From Neocallimastix sp. 'constans' (taxonomy: Eukaryota): a stretch of 64,000 bases of DNA. A program made the position numbers and the translations under genes. Position 1 is the first letter of the stretch; every line of letters begins with the position of its first letter. Below the pieces are notes generated by a model. The model was not told where the DNA came from. It saw only the letters and a program-made list of their open reading frames with translations, and did not search any database. Where the stretch lies: positions 372,001-436,000 of the forward strand of contig JBODTK010000137.1 of the NCBI GenBank assembly GCA_050613775.1, read 5' to 3'. Shown here one piece after another: positions 39,744-53,550 of the stretch.

Positions 39744-42539
39744 TTGAATAAAGATTTCAAAAATGGTTGGAGATGTTTAAAGAAAATGGCTAAACCATCA
39801 TATTCATCTACCTCCCTTACTTGCATTAAATCTAAGTTTGGTCAAGATATTATCTCTCCTTCAAAGCAATTAGATAGATGGGCTGAATATTATAAAGATC
39901 TTGCTTCGGATCCCTCAGGTCACAGCCTTAATCGTAATTACTGGAATCATGCTTTAAGGAATATTAGTCTTAGATCCACTACCTGGAATATAAATGGTCC
40001 TATTACGATTGAAGATATTAAAAAAACTATTTCATCGATGAAAAATAACAAAGCACCCGGCCCCGATGGTATTCCGATTGAATTCTACAAAGCTCTTTTT
40101 TGTAACGAAGAATTACTAGAATCACATCCTGCTGCTGGAAAGTGTCTAAAATTGATATTTAATAAAATATGGAATGGGTCATTTCCTAAAAAATGGAACT
40201 CAGCTTCTATTGTATCAATTCCTAAGAAGGGTGACCTATCAGATTGTAGTAATTATCGAGGTATTTCTCTCATTAACGTTGGACTAAAAATCATTTCAAA
40301 AATTATAACAGATAGAATATCTACTTACGCACTCTCACACAATTTCATTAGACCTGAACAATTTGGATTTCGCAACCGCGAAGAATGCATTAGTTTATTC
40401 ATTTCCGTTAGAGAAATTTGTCAAAGAAGAAAATTCCAAGGAAAATTCACATATTTAGCTTTTTTAGATCTTAAAAAAGCTTATGATTCAGTTCCTATTT
40501 TTAACATTCTTACTAAATTATATCATTATGGAGTACGCGGTAAATGTTTTGATTTTCTTTGTAATTTATATACTTCATCTAAAGCACGTGCTCGATTTGC
40601 TTCAATGTTATCAAATGAATTTCCTATTAAAAGAGGTGTTCGTCAAGGTTGTCCTTTATCTCCAATCTTATTCAATTTATTCATCAATGATATACTAAAT
40701 AACTGTGAAAAGTATGGTGTTAATGTTGGAAGAAAAAAGTGTTGTGGTGGACTCTTTGCTGATGATGTTGTTCTCATTGCTCCAAATGCAAAAAATTTAG
40801 AAAAATTATTAAAAAAGGTACATAAATGGGCTAATTTAAATGAAATGACTTTTGGTATTGAAAAGTGTGCAACTATGGTTATAAAACCAATGAACTTCCA
40901 ACCTCCTCCAAACTATAGTGATCCAACCTTCTATTTAGGAAAGAATGATATTCCTAAAGTTTCTAGTTATGTCTATCTTGGTATTCCTTTTTCAGATGAT
41001 CTCCTACTAGAACACATTATATCTCACATGCATTTTAAAGTTAGAAAATCCCTTCTTTCATTTACACGTTTCTTTTCAAATAAACTTATTCCTATTGTAT
41101 ACAAGAAAAAAGTTCTTCAATCCTTTGTTATTAGTAAAGTAATTTATTATTCTCCTTTACTTGGTTCAAACAAATCTAGAACGGCTAGAATTCAAACATT
41201 AATTAATACTGGTCTATTTTGGTGTATCGGTTCCTTCTCTAAAAATGGTAAAACAAATACAGAAAACAATGACTATATTAGACATAATTCAACAATGAGT
41301 ACTTATGCTTTATCTCGAGATCTAAGCATCCCTCCTATTGCTGGTATCTGCGCAGCCTTACAGATTAAATCATTTGCAAAATGGAGTAAATCAAACTGTA
41401 TCATAAAGGATCTTATAAAATCTATTCCCAAAATGCCTTATTATTCCTGGACTAAAGAATCTAGAACACTATATAAAAAAATCAAAAAATATAAATGTGT
41501 AAAATATGACGATATTATAGAACGTTACTGGAAATCAGTTTCCAGATTTCAAGGTATTAAAGGTCAAAACTACGATAGTAACAAGTTCTCAAACAATAAA
41601 GCTATAATAATGCTTAGCTTAAAATATCCCCAATTCAACTTAGGATTTTCGTGGATTATACGTTTACGCTGTGGTTATAAATACAATACTACTATTGCTA
41701 TTAGAATGGGTAGAGTTTCAGAAGATTGTCCAAAGTCCTGCCCATGTTGTGGTGAAGGTAATCAATCTTTTGAACATTGGATTTTTAAATGCGATGCTCT
41801 TGCATCTTTTAGATGGAATTCTTTAAATTTCATCGATGATCTCTATGTTTTATTCCTTAGGAAGATTAGAGCGTTTAATCCTCTTTCTTCCTATGACTCT
41901 ATTTCTGATTTTGAAGATTATATCAATCATTATATATACTTGTTCCTTCTTGGTGGGACTTTAGTTTTAAATGAACTACATTTCGATAGTGGGGAACAGA
42001 GACATTTAAATGAACTACTTTTCAAAGGTTCATCTGAGTCACCTGTTCCGAAAATTGTGGGCTTGGCGGAATTCTTAACAAATGCAATACCTATCATAAG
42101 TAGTTCGTTTGAGCTATTATTTGATAGGTATTGCAAAATATCAAACTTAACCAAGAGCGTCGACGTCGTACTGATAAGGCATAATGAAAATACAGGATTA
42201 TCATCTATTACTACGAAGGGTGATTCTCACCCTAGTAGCTCAATAAATGATGAATCCGGGGAGAGTTTAGTGGACACCACACTATCTATTTTAAGGATGT
42301 TACTTCTAAATTTTATTTCTTTTTTATTTGATAGGAAGGGTAAAATTCCCGCATAGTACAACTTGCCGAAATACATAGTATTTTCGAGCTTTTTTATTTT
42401 TTATTTTTTATTTTTTAATTTTTTATTTTTTAATTTCTAATGTACTTTTCACCTACATGTATTTTTTAAAATAAAATTTAATAAAGTTTTTGGAAGTGTA
42501 TTCTCTTCCCTGTCTAAAAAAAAAAAAAAAAAAAAAAAA
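39740..42539 (+). mobile_element. 5'-truncated LINE family B with an open RT ORF (39744-42356)
   Basis: 870-aa open frame with all RT motifs and the knuckle but no APE domain; starts directly after the family A poly(A); ends GGAAGTGTATTCTCTTCCCTGTCT-(A)n. Confidence 0.93.
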
Positions 42540-45500
42540 TTCTGATAGTAATCTTTAACAGCCAAAATGTTTTATTTAATTGTAAAATATATTAACAATA
42601 GAAATAATATTGTTAATAATACCCCGAGCAGGAGTGTACTCGATTTATGTATTTAAATCGCCTGCAAGGGGAATTAACTTTACTCTTATAAAGTAGATCC
42701 ACAGTACTGGTGCAAAATAGTAGTAAAGTTATATTTTGTGTTAATTAATAACATTATGCGCAATGGTAATGTTATTGGTAAAATTTTTCTGGTGAACACT
42801 CACTGCGGAATATAATGGTGCATTTTTGGAACATTGTTAAATAAGTTACACCCAAGAATTAGTAATACATTTTCATTGTATTTCTATTTTCATGTAGTAT
42901 TACTATTCTCATGTAAGAATCTATTGTATTCAATTGTATTTCAACTTTATATTTCATGTATCACGTTGTAAGAGATTGATTCACTCTAAATCTTGTAGTA
43001 ATTTATTTAACTCTTTACTAATTTTGTGCCATTTTATTTCATCAATTCAATCTTAGTCATTAAATACTTTATGATATTCAATTTAAATAATATACTGAAA
43101 AAAGTGCTAAATCAAATTATTTTTCAATCATTCAACAAACTACTAATTATCGAAATTATTTACTCCAAAAAGATATAAAATTATTACAATTCTCATTATA
43201 CTCAAGACTTTATAATAAAAATTGACTTTTTTTTTATTTTTTTTTTTTTAGTTATTAATTTTTAGTTTTTTATTACTATTATGGAAATCCAATTTATAAG
43301 AAATAAGAATTTCATTCTAAGAGGTTCAAGGTGCCACGGTATACCAATGGAGAATACGAAACTACTCTTTATCCGCGGACTTCGATCTTGGCCAGAAATC
43401 AAAATGAGAAGACATTTAAAGAAAACTCTGAATGAATTAAATGATAAGGTTTTATCAGTTAAACGTATTGCTAATTTTAATGATGCATTCTTTAAAATTA
43501 AAATAGTAGGTAATGAAGAAGAATTAACATCTATTACCGATTGTATTGTTAATAGTTTCAAACGTGCTTCAATTAACGTTATTAATTGTAGCAAAAGGAA
43601 TCATAAATACAGTTTTTCTTCACTCAAAAGGAAACATTTTGCCTTATCAGAAAAAGTGAATTCATCTTATAATATCAACTTATTCACTACTTCAAATTCA
43701 AATGCAGATTCAAGTCAAAATTCAAATTCAAGTTCAAATACAGATTCATGTTCAAGTTCAAGTACAAGCTCAAGTTCAAGTTCAAGTACAAGTTCAAGTA
43801 CAAGCTCAAGTTCAAGTTCAAGTACAAGTTTAAGTACAAGTTCAAGTACAGGTTCAAGTTCAAGTTCAAGTCCAAGTTCAAGTACAATTTCAAGTTCAAG
43901 TTCAAGTACAAGTTCAAGTACAAGTTCAAGTTCAAGTTCAAGTTCAAGTTCAAGTACAAGTTCAAGTTCAATTTCAAATTTATGTTTAAATTCAGTTTCA
44001 AGCTCAGATTCAAATTCAAATTTCAGTTCAATCAATTATAATAATTCCAATAATATTAATAACACTCATATTAATAATAATACAGTTAAAGAATTTTCTC
44101 TATGTGTCAGTTGGAATACTAATGGATGGAACTTTGATAAAAAAGACAGTGTTGAATTCTTTATTTCAATGTACAAACCACTTTTCTTATGCTTTCAGGA
44201 AACAGGAAATGGTTCAGGTTCTAGCAGTAAATATCCATGTCGAGTATCATTAAAAAACTACAAACATTTCTTCAAAAAAGCTAATAATGAAATTCCCGGT
44301 AAAAGAGGTCTTTATATTGGGTTTCATAATTCTTGTCAAGCCTCTCTTGAAAACAACACTTATGAGTATATTATTTCCTTGTATACTTATAATTTTTGGA
44401 ATTTCACTAAATGTTCTATTGGTAATGTGTACGTACCTCATAGTGGCCATAGCCTTCATGCTAGAGCTGCTAGAATTGAAATATTGTCTTGGTTAAATAG
44501 TCACTCTTCTCATCCTTCAATGTTGGTTGGTGATTTTAATTTACCTACTGAGAAATTAGGTAATTTGCTCTCTAAATTTAGTAATTGGAAAATTCTTCCC
44601 TTATGGGGCTCCCCAATTTCATGGAGTAGAGGTAATAGAGAATCTGATATAGATCATGCGATTGTCAATGATCATATGTTAGATTTACTTTCATATGGTA
44701 CTTTTATTGATTTTCCCCCCCATTTCGGATCATAAACCTTTATTAATAAAAGGTAAATGTTTTTCATCAGTTAATTCAGATAATTCTTTCTCTCTGCCTA
44801 AAAAGACAGTTAAATGGGATAGATTAAAATGTATAAATGAAAAAGAATCAATTTTTGACAACAACTATTTTAGTGTATTAGAGGAAGTGATTCCAGATCC
44901 TAATATTAGTATTGATGATATTTCAAAGAAATTTATTTCAACTTCATTCAATATTGCTAAGGAACTTAATATCACGTCAATTTCAGAAGTTCGAAAATCT
45001 TTTTTTCATATGTCGCAGAAAATATTTAATTTGCAAAAACTCAAAATGAAATTATATAAATCCATTAAAAGAAGAGGTTCTTATCATAATTTAGATGAAT
45101 TTGAAGAATTAATTGATAAATATAATAGAATGTGCAAAATTATTCATCATATGTGTAATATTTATAGGAAAACTGAATACCAACATTGGATTAATACAGG
45201 ATGTGAATATATGAAATCTCATAACCCTAAAAAAGCTTGGAAATGGCTTAAAACAACAGCAAAAGTAGATAAATTTAAAAATATGTCAAATTCTCCAGTA
45301 AAGGACAAAAATGGTAAACTAGCTACTTCTACTAAAGAACAGTTAGAAGTATGGCACAATCACTATAAAAAACTTGCTTCAAGCCATTCTGATATCAATA
45401 GTGCATTAATCGAATGGTATAATAAATTTTCCAATGGAACAATTAGGTATACGAGACACAATGAATGGGATATAAATCAAGACATCAGTATAGAAGAAAT

Positions 45501-47992
45501 TAGAGAAGCAATTTTGGCTACTCCAAATTTTAAAGCTTCAGGCCCGGATGGAATTCCTATTGAATTTTATAAAGCTTTAATTCCTCCGGATGACGAAAAT
45601 TCAGTAAATAATTCTTCTTCTGGTTTAAATTGTTTACAGAAGATATACTCAAGAATTTGGAATGGAGAATTTCCTAGCTCATGGAATGAAGCAAGTATTA
45701 TATCTATTCCTAAAAAAGGAGATGATCTATCTGATTGTGACAATTATCGAGGTATCTCTCTGATTAACAATGGTATTAAACTCGTTTCGAAAATAGTCTC
45801 CAAAAGAATTTCAGAATATGGACTTAAAAATAATTTTATTAGGCCAGAGCAATTTGGATTTCGTACTAAAGAAGAATGTGTTAGTTTATTTATTTCAATT
45901 CGAGAAATTTGTCAAAGGCGTAAAAATGATAATAAAGAAACTTACCTAGCTTTTCTAGATTTAAAAAAGGCATATGATTCTGTTCCAATAGGTAATATTT
46001 TATATAAATTAGATGCTTTAGGTATTAGAGGTAAATGTTATCAATTTATAAAAAATCTATATTTGACATCCAAAGCTAGTGTTAAAATTGATGATCAATA
46101 TTCGGAATCTTTTAATATTATGAAAGGAGTTAGACAAGGTTGTCCACTATCACCAATTCTTTTCAATCTTTTTATTAATGACATTTTTAATGATGTTTCA
46201 GAACTTGGAATTCCTTTAGGCGAATCTAGATGTTGTGGTGGACTCTTTGCAGATGATATTGTTCTATGCGCACCGTCAAGAACTAAGTTGAAAAAAATGC
46301 TTAAGAAGGTAAATGAATGGGCTAAATTTAATATGATGAATTTTGGAATTAATAAGTGTGCAACGATGGTGATTCGACCAGACACACCTCTTTTTCAAAA
46401 TAAAAGAGATCCTACTTTTTATCTTGCTGGTCAACCAATTCCAATAACTAAATGTTATACCTATTTAGGTATACCATTTGATAAAAGCTTATCGTTGAAA
46501 CCTATTATTAAATTACTTAACTCTAAAGTAACTAAAGCTCTCTTTTCTGTTAGTAAATTTCTTTCAAATTCCAAAATTCCTATTCCATTTAAGAAGATTA
46601 TAATTAACTCTTATGTACTTAGTAAAGTCTCTTACTTTGCACCTTTACTTGGTTCGAATAAAACGAGAACAAATAATACTCAGAAATTAATTAATAAAGG
46701 ATTAAGATGGATTGCAGGTATACAAAAAGCCAAATCATTTATTAATGTATATTCTATTTCAAAAGATTTACATATTCCTCCATTGTCAGCTAAGTGTGCT
46801 TTGTCTCAGGTCAAATGTTTTGATAAATGGAAAAATTCAAATTGTATTATTTCCTATTTAGTTAATAATATTCCAAAATCTAGAAAATATACATGGACAA
46901 AAGAAAGTAGAACTCTTAAACGTAAACTAGAGAAAAGAGGTAATAACGATAATAAAATCAAGGATTTTTATTGGAAAAGAGATATGAAAATCAATTCTAT
47001 TAAAGCTGAGTTTTATGACAAAAACAAATTCGAAGAAACATCAAAATTTATAAAACTTTGTTATGACTATCCTGATCTTTCATATGGTTTCTATTGGCTA
47101 TTGAGAGCACGAAGCGGATATAGATTAGATGCTAGAATTGCTAAAGCTGCAAAAATAGTGGACCAAATGTGTCCTAATTTTTGTCCCTGTTGTAAAAGTA
47201 ATAAACAATGGATAAGTCATTGGTTAATTGATTGTCCCTTTTTCAATCATACTCGTAGTAAAGTTAATGATAAAATTTTATTTTTATATAATGCTTTTTA
47301 CCGTGGCAACCTAACAAATGATATTGTTAATAGTAATAATGATAATAGTAATAGTAATAATAGTAATAGTTATAATAGTAATAATAATATTAGTAATAGT
47401 ATTTTTAGTAATGTTAGTAATAGTATTGAAAATAATGTGTATATTGATTCTAGTGTGTGTGAAAAAGTGTTTAATTTCCTTCTTGGAGGTCGAAGTATTA
47501 ATAACAGTACAAGGGAATGGAAGGATCTATTTAAGTGCCAGATGAAATCAGGTGCTTATTCTGATACTCCGTTCTTAGTGGTTACTGCGGCACTTCTCCA
47601 ATCGATTATACCTATTGCTATTGGCCAGCAATGGTCTTTGTTCAATAGGTTCAAATCGAATCGTACTACTACTACCAAGAGCGTCAATGCTGAAGAAACA
47701 GTAAGACAGGCCAGCAGGGCTAGCGCAACCAATGAAGATCATAATTTTGTATCTTAAAATTATGATTAACAATGCGAAGTCAAAATTAATTATTATACTT
47801 CAGTATAATAATGCCCTTGTGAAGTCTTACAAATATTAATTATATGAAACTAGAATATATTATACCATTATTTTATTTTATTTTGTGTTTTATTTTTTGT
47901 TTATTTTTTTATTTTTTTATCTTTTTTTTATAATTTTATTACATGTATTTTATCAAATATTTAATTAATAAAGATGAAACAAGTTTGATGTC

Positions 47993-48024
<32 letters not shown>
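42540..48024 (+). mobile_element. Near-full-length LINE family C
   Basis: 5' UTR 42540-43280, coding region 43281-47757 split by one frameshift, 3' UTR and poly(A) at 47996-48024. Confidence 0.92.
43281..47757 (+). CDS. LINE polyprotein (RRM-like, Ser-rich linker, APE, RT, knuckle) with a frameshift at a C7 run near 44715-44721
   Basis: ORF 43281-44735 holds SWNTNG, CFQE, VGDFN and DIDH; ORF 44695-47757 continues with SDHKP and the RT motifs. Removing one C restores a single frame. Confidence 0.88.
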
Positions 48025-48026
<2 letters not shown>

Positions 48027-49295
48027 AAAAAGACTTTTGGTATTGAAAAATGTGCAACTATGGTTATAAAACCAATGAACTTCCAATCTCCTCCAAACTA
48101 TAGTGATTCAACCTTTTTTTTAGGAATGAATGCTATTCTTAAAGTTTCTAGTTATATTTATCTTGGTATTCCTTTTTCTGATGATCTCTTACTAGAACAC
48201 ATTATATCTCACATGTATTTTAAAGTTAGAATATCCCTTCTTTCATTTACACGTTTCTTCTCAAATAAACTTATTCCTATTGCATACAAGAAAAAAGTTC
48301 TTCAATCATTTGTTATTAGTAAAGTGATTTATTATTCTCCTTTACTTGGTTCAAACAAATCTAGAACGGCCAGAATTCAAACATTAATTAATACTGGTCT
48401 ATTTTGGTGTATCGGCTCCTTCTCTAAAAATGGTAAAACATGTTCAGAAGACAAGGACTATATTAGACATAATTCTACTATGAGTACATATGCTTTATCT
48501 CGAGATTTAAGCATTCCTTCTATTGCTGGTGTCTGCGTAGCCTTACAGATTAAATCATTTGCAAAATGGAGTAAATCAAACTGTATTATAAAGGATCTCA
48601 TTAAATCTATTCCCAAAATGCCTTATTATTCCTGGACTAAAGAATCTTGAACAATGTATAAAAAAATCAAAAAATATAAATGTGAAAAATATGACGATAT
48701 TTTAGAACGTTACTGGAAATCAGTTGCCAAATTTCAAGGTATTAAAGGTCAAAATTACGATTGTAATAAGTTCTCAAACAATAAAGCTATAATTATGCTT
48801 AGTTTAAAATATCCCCAATTCAACTTAGGGTTTTCGTGGATTATACGTTTACGCTGTGGTTATAAATACAATACTACTATTGCTATTAGAATGGGTAGAG
48901 TTTCAGAAGATTGTCCCAAGTCTTGCCCCTGTTGTGGCGAAGATAAACAATCTTTTGAACATTGGATTTTTAAATGCGATGTTCTTGCATCTTTTAGATG
49001 GAATTCTTTAAATTTCATCGATGATCTCTATGTTTTATTCCTTAGTAAGATTGGAGTGTTTAATGCTCTTTTTTCCTATGACTCTATTTCTAATTTTGAA
49101 GATTATATCAATCATTATATATACTTGTTCCTTCTTGGTGGGACTTTAGTTTTAAATGAGCTACATTTCGATAGTGGGGAACAGAAGCAATTGAATGAAC
49201 TACTTTTCAAAGGTTCATCTGAGTCACCTGTTCCAAAAATTGTGGGCTTGGCGGAATTCTTAACTAGCGTAATACCTATCATAAGTAGTTCGTTT
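48025..49295 (+). mobile_element. LINE family B fragment, truncated at both ends, with a premature stop
   Basis: Near-identical to 40841-42110; TGA at 48648-48650 replaces AGA; starts at the family C poly(A). Confidence 0.92.
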
Positions 49296-50178
49296 AATAC
49301 TGACACCATAAATAGCTATGTACTTGCAGTTATAAGAAAAGATAAATCCATAAAAGTTAAAATGAAGTCCCCGTATAAACCAAAGAAAGATGATCGACCC
49401 AACAAAAATGAATCAATAATAAGAAAGGATAAATTAATAGATAATCCCATTTCCATCAACACTAATGCCATGAAACATCATTCCACAAAACAACAATGCA
49501 CTTACCAATAATGATGTGGAAATGGATGAAGTTGAAGGAAATTATAACCATAAGAAATTATGATTTTAGAATTTATTTTTTATGTTAAATATAGTTTATC
49601 TTCATAAATTTAAGTATAATATGATTATGTTATCCATATTATAATTTTTATAATCACGTGATATAATTTATTTAAATAATTTTTATCATCGTAGTAATTA
49701 ATAAAATGGATTCATATATTAATTGTAATTTTATTATTTAAAATTTTAATTTTAAAATATCATGATTAAAAAAATAAGTGGGGTAAATATAAATATATAA
49801 ATATATATATTGTAATATTATTTATTAATATATTATAGAATATTTTTTTATAAAAACATTTTTATATTACTATTAGCCAATCATTAATAAAATAATTATA
49901 AAATTTTTTCTTCATGCATTTAATCTATTTTTTAAAATTTTTTTTTTTTAAAATTTTAAAATATTCCTTTTTTTTAAAGAAGGTATAATTATAATTAAAT
50001 AATTTAGTTTTTTTTATAATTGTTATTTAGTAAGTTTGACTAAGGAAATTTACATTTTAGTTATAATTTTAAATTAAAATTTAATATATATTTATTTTTA
50101 AATGTTAAAAATATTATTAATAAAAATAATAAATTGTTTTATATTTGTTTATGTAAAAAATTTAGTAAAAAAAGAAAA

Positions 50179-51505
50179 ATGCTTTTCTTTTTAACTTTGA
50201 CCCAAAATTGCAATTTAGCTTGTACATATTGTGGTTCAGATGGCAATGCTGATATTGAAAATATTTTAGAAGAAGATCAACCAAAAGAAATTAGATATAA
50301 ATTGAACAATTTAGAAAAATTAAAGAATGTAATATTTCTTAATATATATAATTATTAAAGAGTTAATATAATATGATGGAAATAATTGAACCTTAAAAAC
50401 TTATTATTTTTATAATAAAATACAATAATATATATAAAAATATATAAATATATAAAAAAGATAAAAGATGATTTAATTATCTGTTTCTATGGTGGTGAGC
50501 CTTTATTAAAACCAAGAGTAATTAAAAAGGTTATTGAAATGCATCCAAACGCCAAATTTTGTTTACAAACAAATGGTACTTTGTTAAATCGTTTTAATAC
50601 AAAATTAACCAATCAAATGGATACAATATTAATTTCTGTTGATGGTGGACCAGAAGTTACTAACAAAAGTAGAGGAAATGGAACATGGGAAAGAGCTATT
50701 AATAATGCTAGATATATTAGAAAGAATGGTTATAAGGTTAGTTTATTTATAACGAAAATAATAATTTTTAAAAATATGAATAAATAATTAATTGTAATTT
50801 TGATAATAATAGAATGACCTTGTTGCTCGTATGACTGTTTCTAATGTTAGTAATGTTTACGAAGATGTTAGATATTTAATTGAATTAGATGATGGCCTTT
50901 TTGATCATGTTCACTGGCAATTGGATACGCAATGGTCAACTCCATGTTTTGCTGGATATGATAACTTCTTAGATTGGAGAGATAATAATTATAATGTTGG
51001 TATTACAAAATTAGTTAATTGGTTTGAAAAGGAAATTGTTGAAAAATCACGTGTATTAGGTATTGCACCTTTTTTACAAGTTCTTCATGATATGATTACT
51101 GGAAGAAAATCTCGTCTTCGTTGTGGATCTGGTTTAGATTCATTTAATGTTGATACAGGAGGTGAAATTAATCCATGTCCAATCGCTCCAGAAACTCATG
51201 AATTAGCAATGATTCAAGATGAAAATTTCCAAACACCCGAATCTTTAAGAGATTCAGTTAAAATTGCAGGATTATGTACAGATTGTGAAATTTTAGATTT
51301 ATGTGGTGGTCGTTGTTTATATGCAAACCAAACCATGTGGTGGGGTGAAGAAGGTTTTAAAGAAGTTTGTGTTACTGTTAAGCATTTAATGAATGAACTT
51401 AAGCGTATTTTGCCAAGTATTAAGCAAGCTATTGCTGATGGTAAAATTACTTTAGAGGACTTAAACTATCCAAAATATAATAACTCCGTTGAAGTCATTC
51501 CATAG
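50179..51505 (+). CDS. Radical SAM/SPASM-domain protein, resembling the AF0577 (TIGR04084) putative peptide-modifying family, ~372 aa, 3 exons
   Basis: Exons 50179-50328, 50461-50736 and 50813-51505 are all phase 0 with GT-AG ends. CNLACTYC (CxxxCxxC), FYGGEPLL, LQTNGTLL, ISVDG, IxARMTV-like LVARMTV, HVHWQLD, RCGSG..GEINPCP, and CTDCEILDLCGGRC (Cx2Cx5Cx3C). The family call is from recalled motifs, not a search. Confidence 0.88.
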
Positions 51506-51919
51506 ATTATTTATTTTAGAAATTTCATAATGATAGATATAATTTAATTTAATGTATATTAAGATAAAAAAAAAAAAAAAAAAAAAATAAAAATTTATTT
51601 CATAAATATCTTTTTAAACAATAGAAATTAATTTATTTTAATTATAATTATAAAAATAACAAAAAAAATAAAAAAAATCATAAAATAATTTATCTATCTT
51701 TATATATGTATAAATACATAAATATATATGATTAAAATTTTTTTTATCTTTTTTTTTAAAAAAAATAAATACTTATTTACAAAAAAAAATAAATAAATAA
51801 AAAATAAAAAGTGAATTGGTTTATATAAATAATAGTCAATAAAAAAATTTGTTAAATTAAATTTATTAATTTGAATATTTAATGTGTTATATTATGTTAT
51901 AAAAGAAAATGATTAATTC

Positions 51920-52529
<610 letters not shown>

Positions 52530-52552
52530 GATATAATAGATTTAAATTATAA

Positions 52553-53067
52553 AAAGGAATGGAATATTTTGTTTAAGAACCAAATCATTTCTGGTGATTA
52601 TTCAAAAACGCCATTCTTGGTGCGATCTGCAGCTCTCTTTACAGAAATTATGCCTCGGGCTAGTACACGGCAAGGGTTACTATTCCAAAGTATAAGCGCA
52701 AACTAACCAGGAGCGACAACGCTTAAAATGCAGTAAGACAGGCTAGTAGGGCCAATGCCTCTGAAGGAGAAGACCATAATTCTTTCAGATAGTCAATTCA
52801 AACCCTAATCCATAAGGAGGTGAGGTTCGCTGCATATGAACTTTTTTCTGAATTTATTTATATGCTTATTTTTGATTATTACTTTTTATTTCACGTTACT
52901 ATTTCATTTATTATTATGTTCATATTGGATAAATAATATTTATTTATTTTATTAATTCTTTGTTTTTTTATTTTTTATTAAAATTAAAAGTATTCATGTA
53001 ATTTATATAAGAATAAATAAATAAAGATTAAAGTTCGCAATAATTGCGGCTATAAAAAAAAAAAAAA
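52553..53067 (+). mobile_element. 5'-truncated LINE 3' end, family C-related
   Basis: Translates to KEWNILFKNQIISGDYSKTPFLV..AVRQASRANASEGEDHN, versus REWKDLFKCQMKSGAYSDTPFLV..TVRQASRASATNEDHN in family C. AATAAA and poly(A) at 53054-53067. Confidence 0.85.
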
Positions 53068-53550
53068 TTAATAAGGTTATTTATGAGTAAATATAAATAG
53101 GTAATTCAATTTAAATAATGTTAAAATAATTTCTTAATTATATTTGTAATCAAATAATTTCCCCCTAAAGCAAAGTATTTAATATTATTACACCGTTAAT
53201 ATTAGATGTTTCTAAAACATCTCTTATAAAATATGGTATATATATTTACCATTTGTATGATGGAAACCTTTCTCTTGAAGGGTGATATTATACCATCTCA
53301 TATTGTGTGAATACCTCCTATATATTGGGTTTTACATCACTTTCAATTATAATACTTTTTATAGATTAGCGCTAACTTTTATATTATTTTCGCTTTGTTT
53401 CGAGATTCATATTAGATGAGTTTTGTAAAAACATCCTCGAATTAAGTTTTGTTACATTAAAGTAACTTGTAATCATCATATAAATTATTATTAACCTGTA
53501 TAAATTTTTTAGATATAAATTTATTATAGTGGTATCTTCAACTTATAGTC

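Noticed and set aside
43687..44041. LN-, LE- and FK-repeat ORFs on both strands
   Set aside because: Alternative frames of the Ser-linker hexamer repeat.
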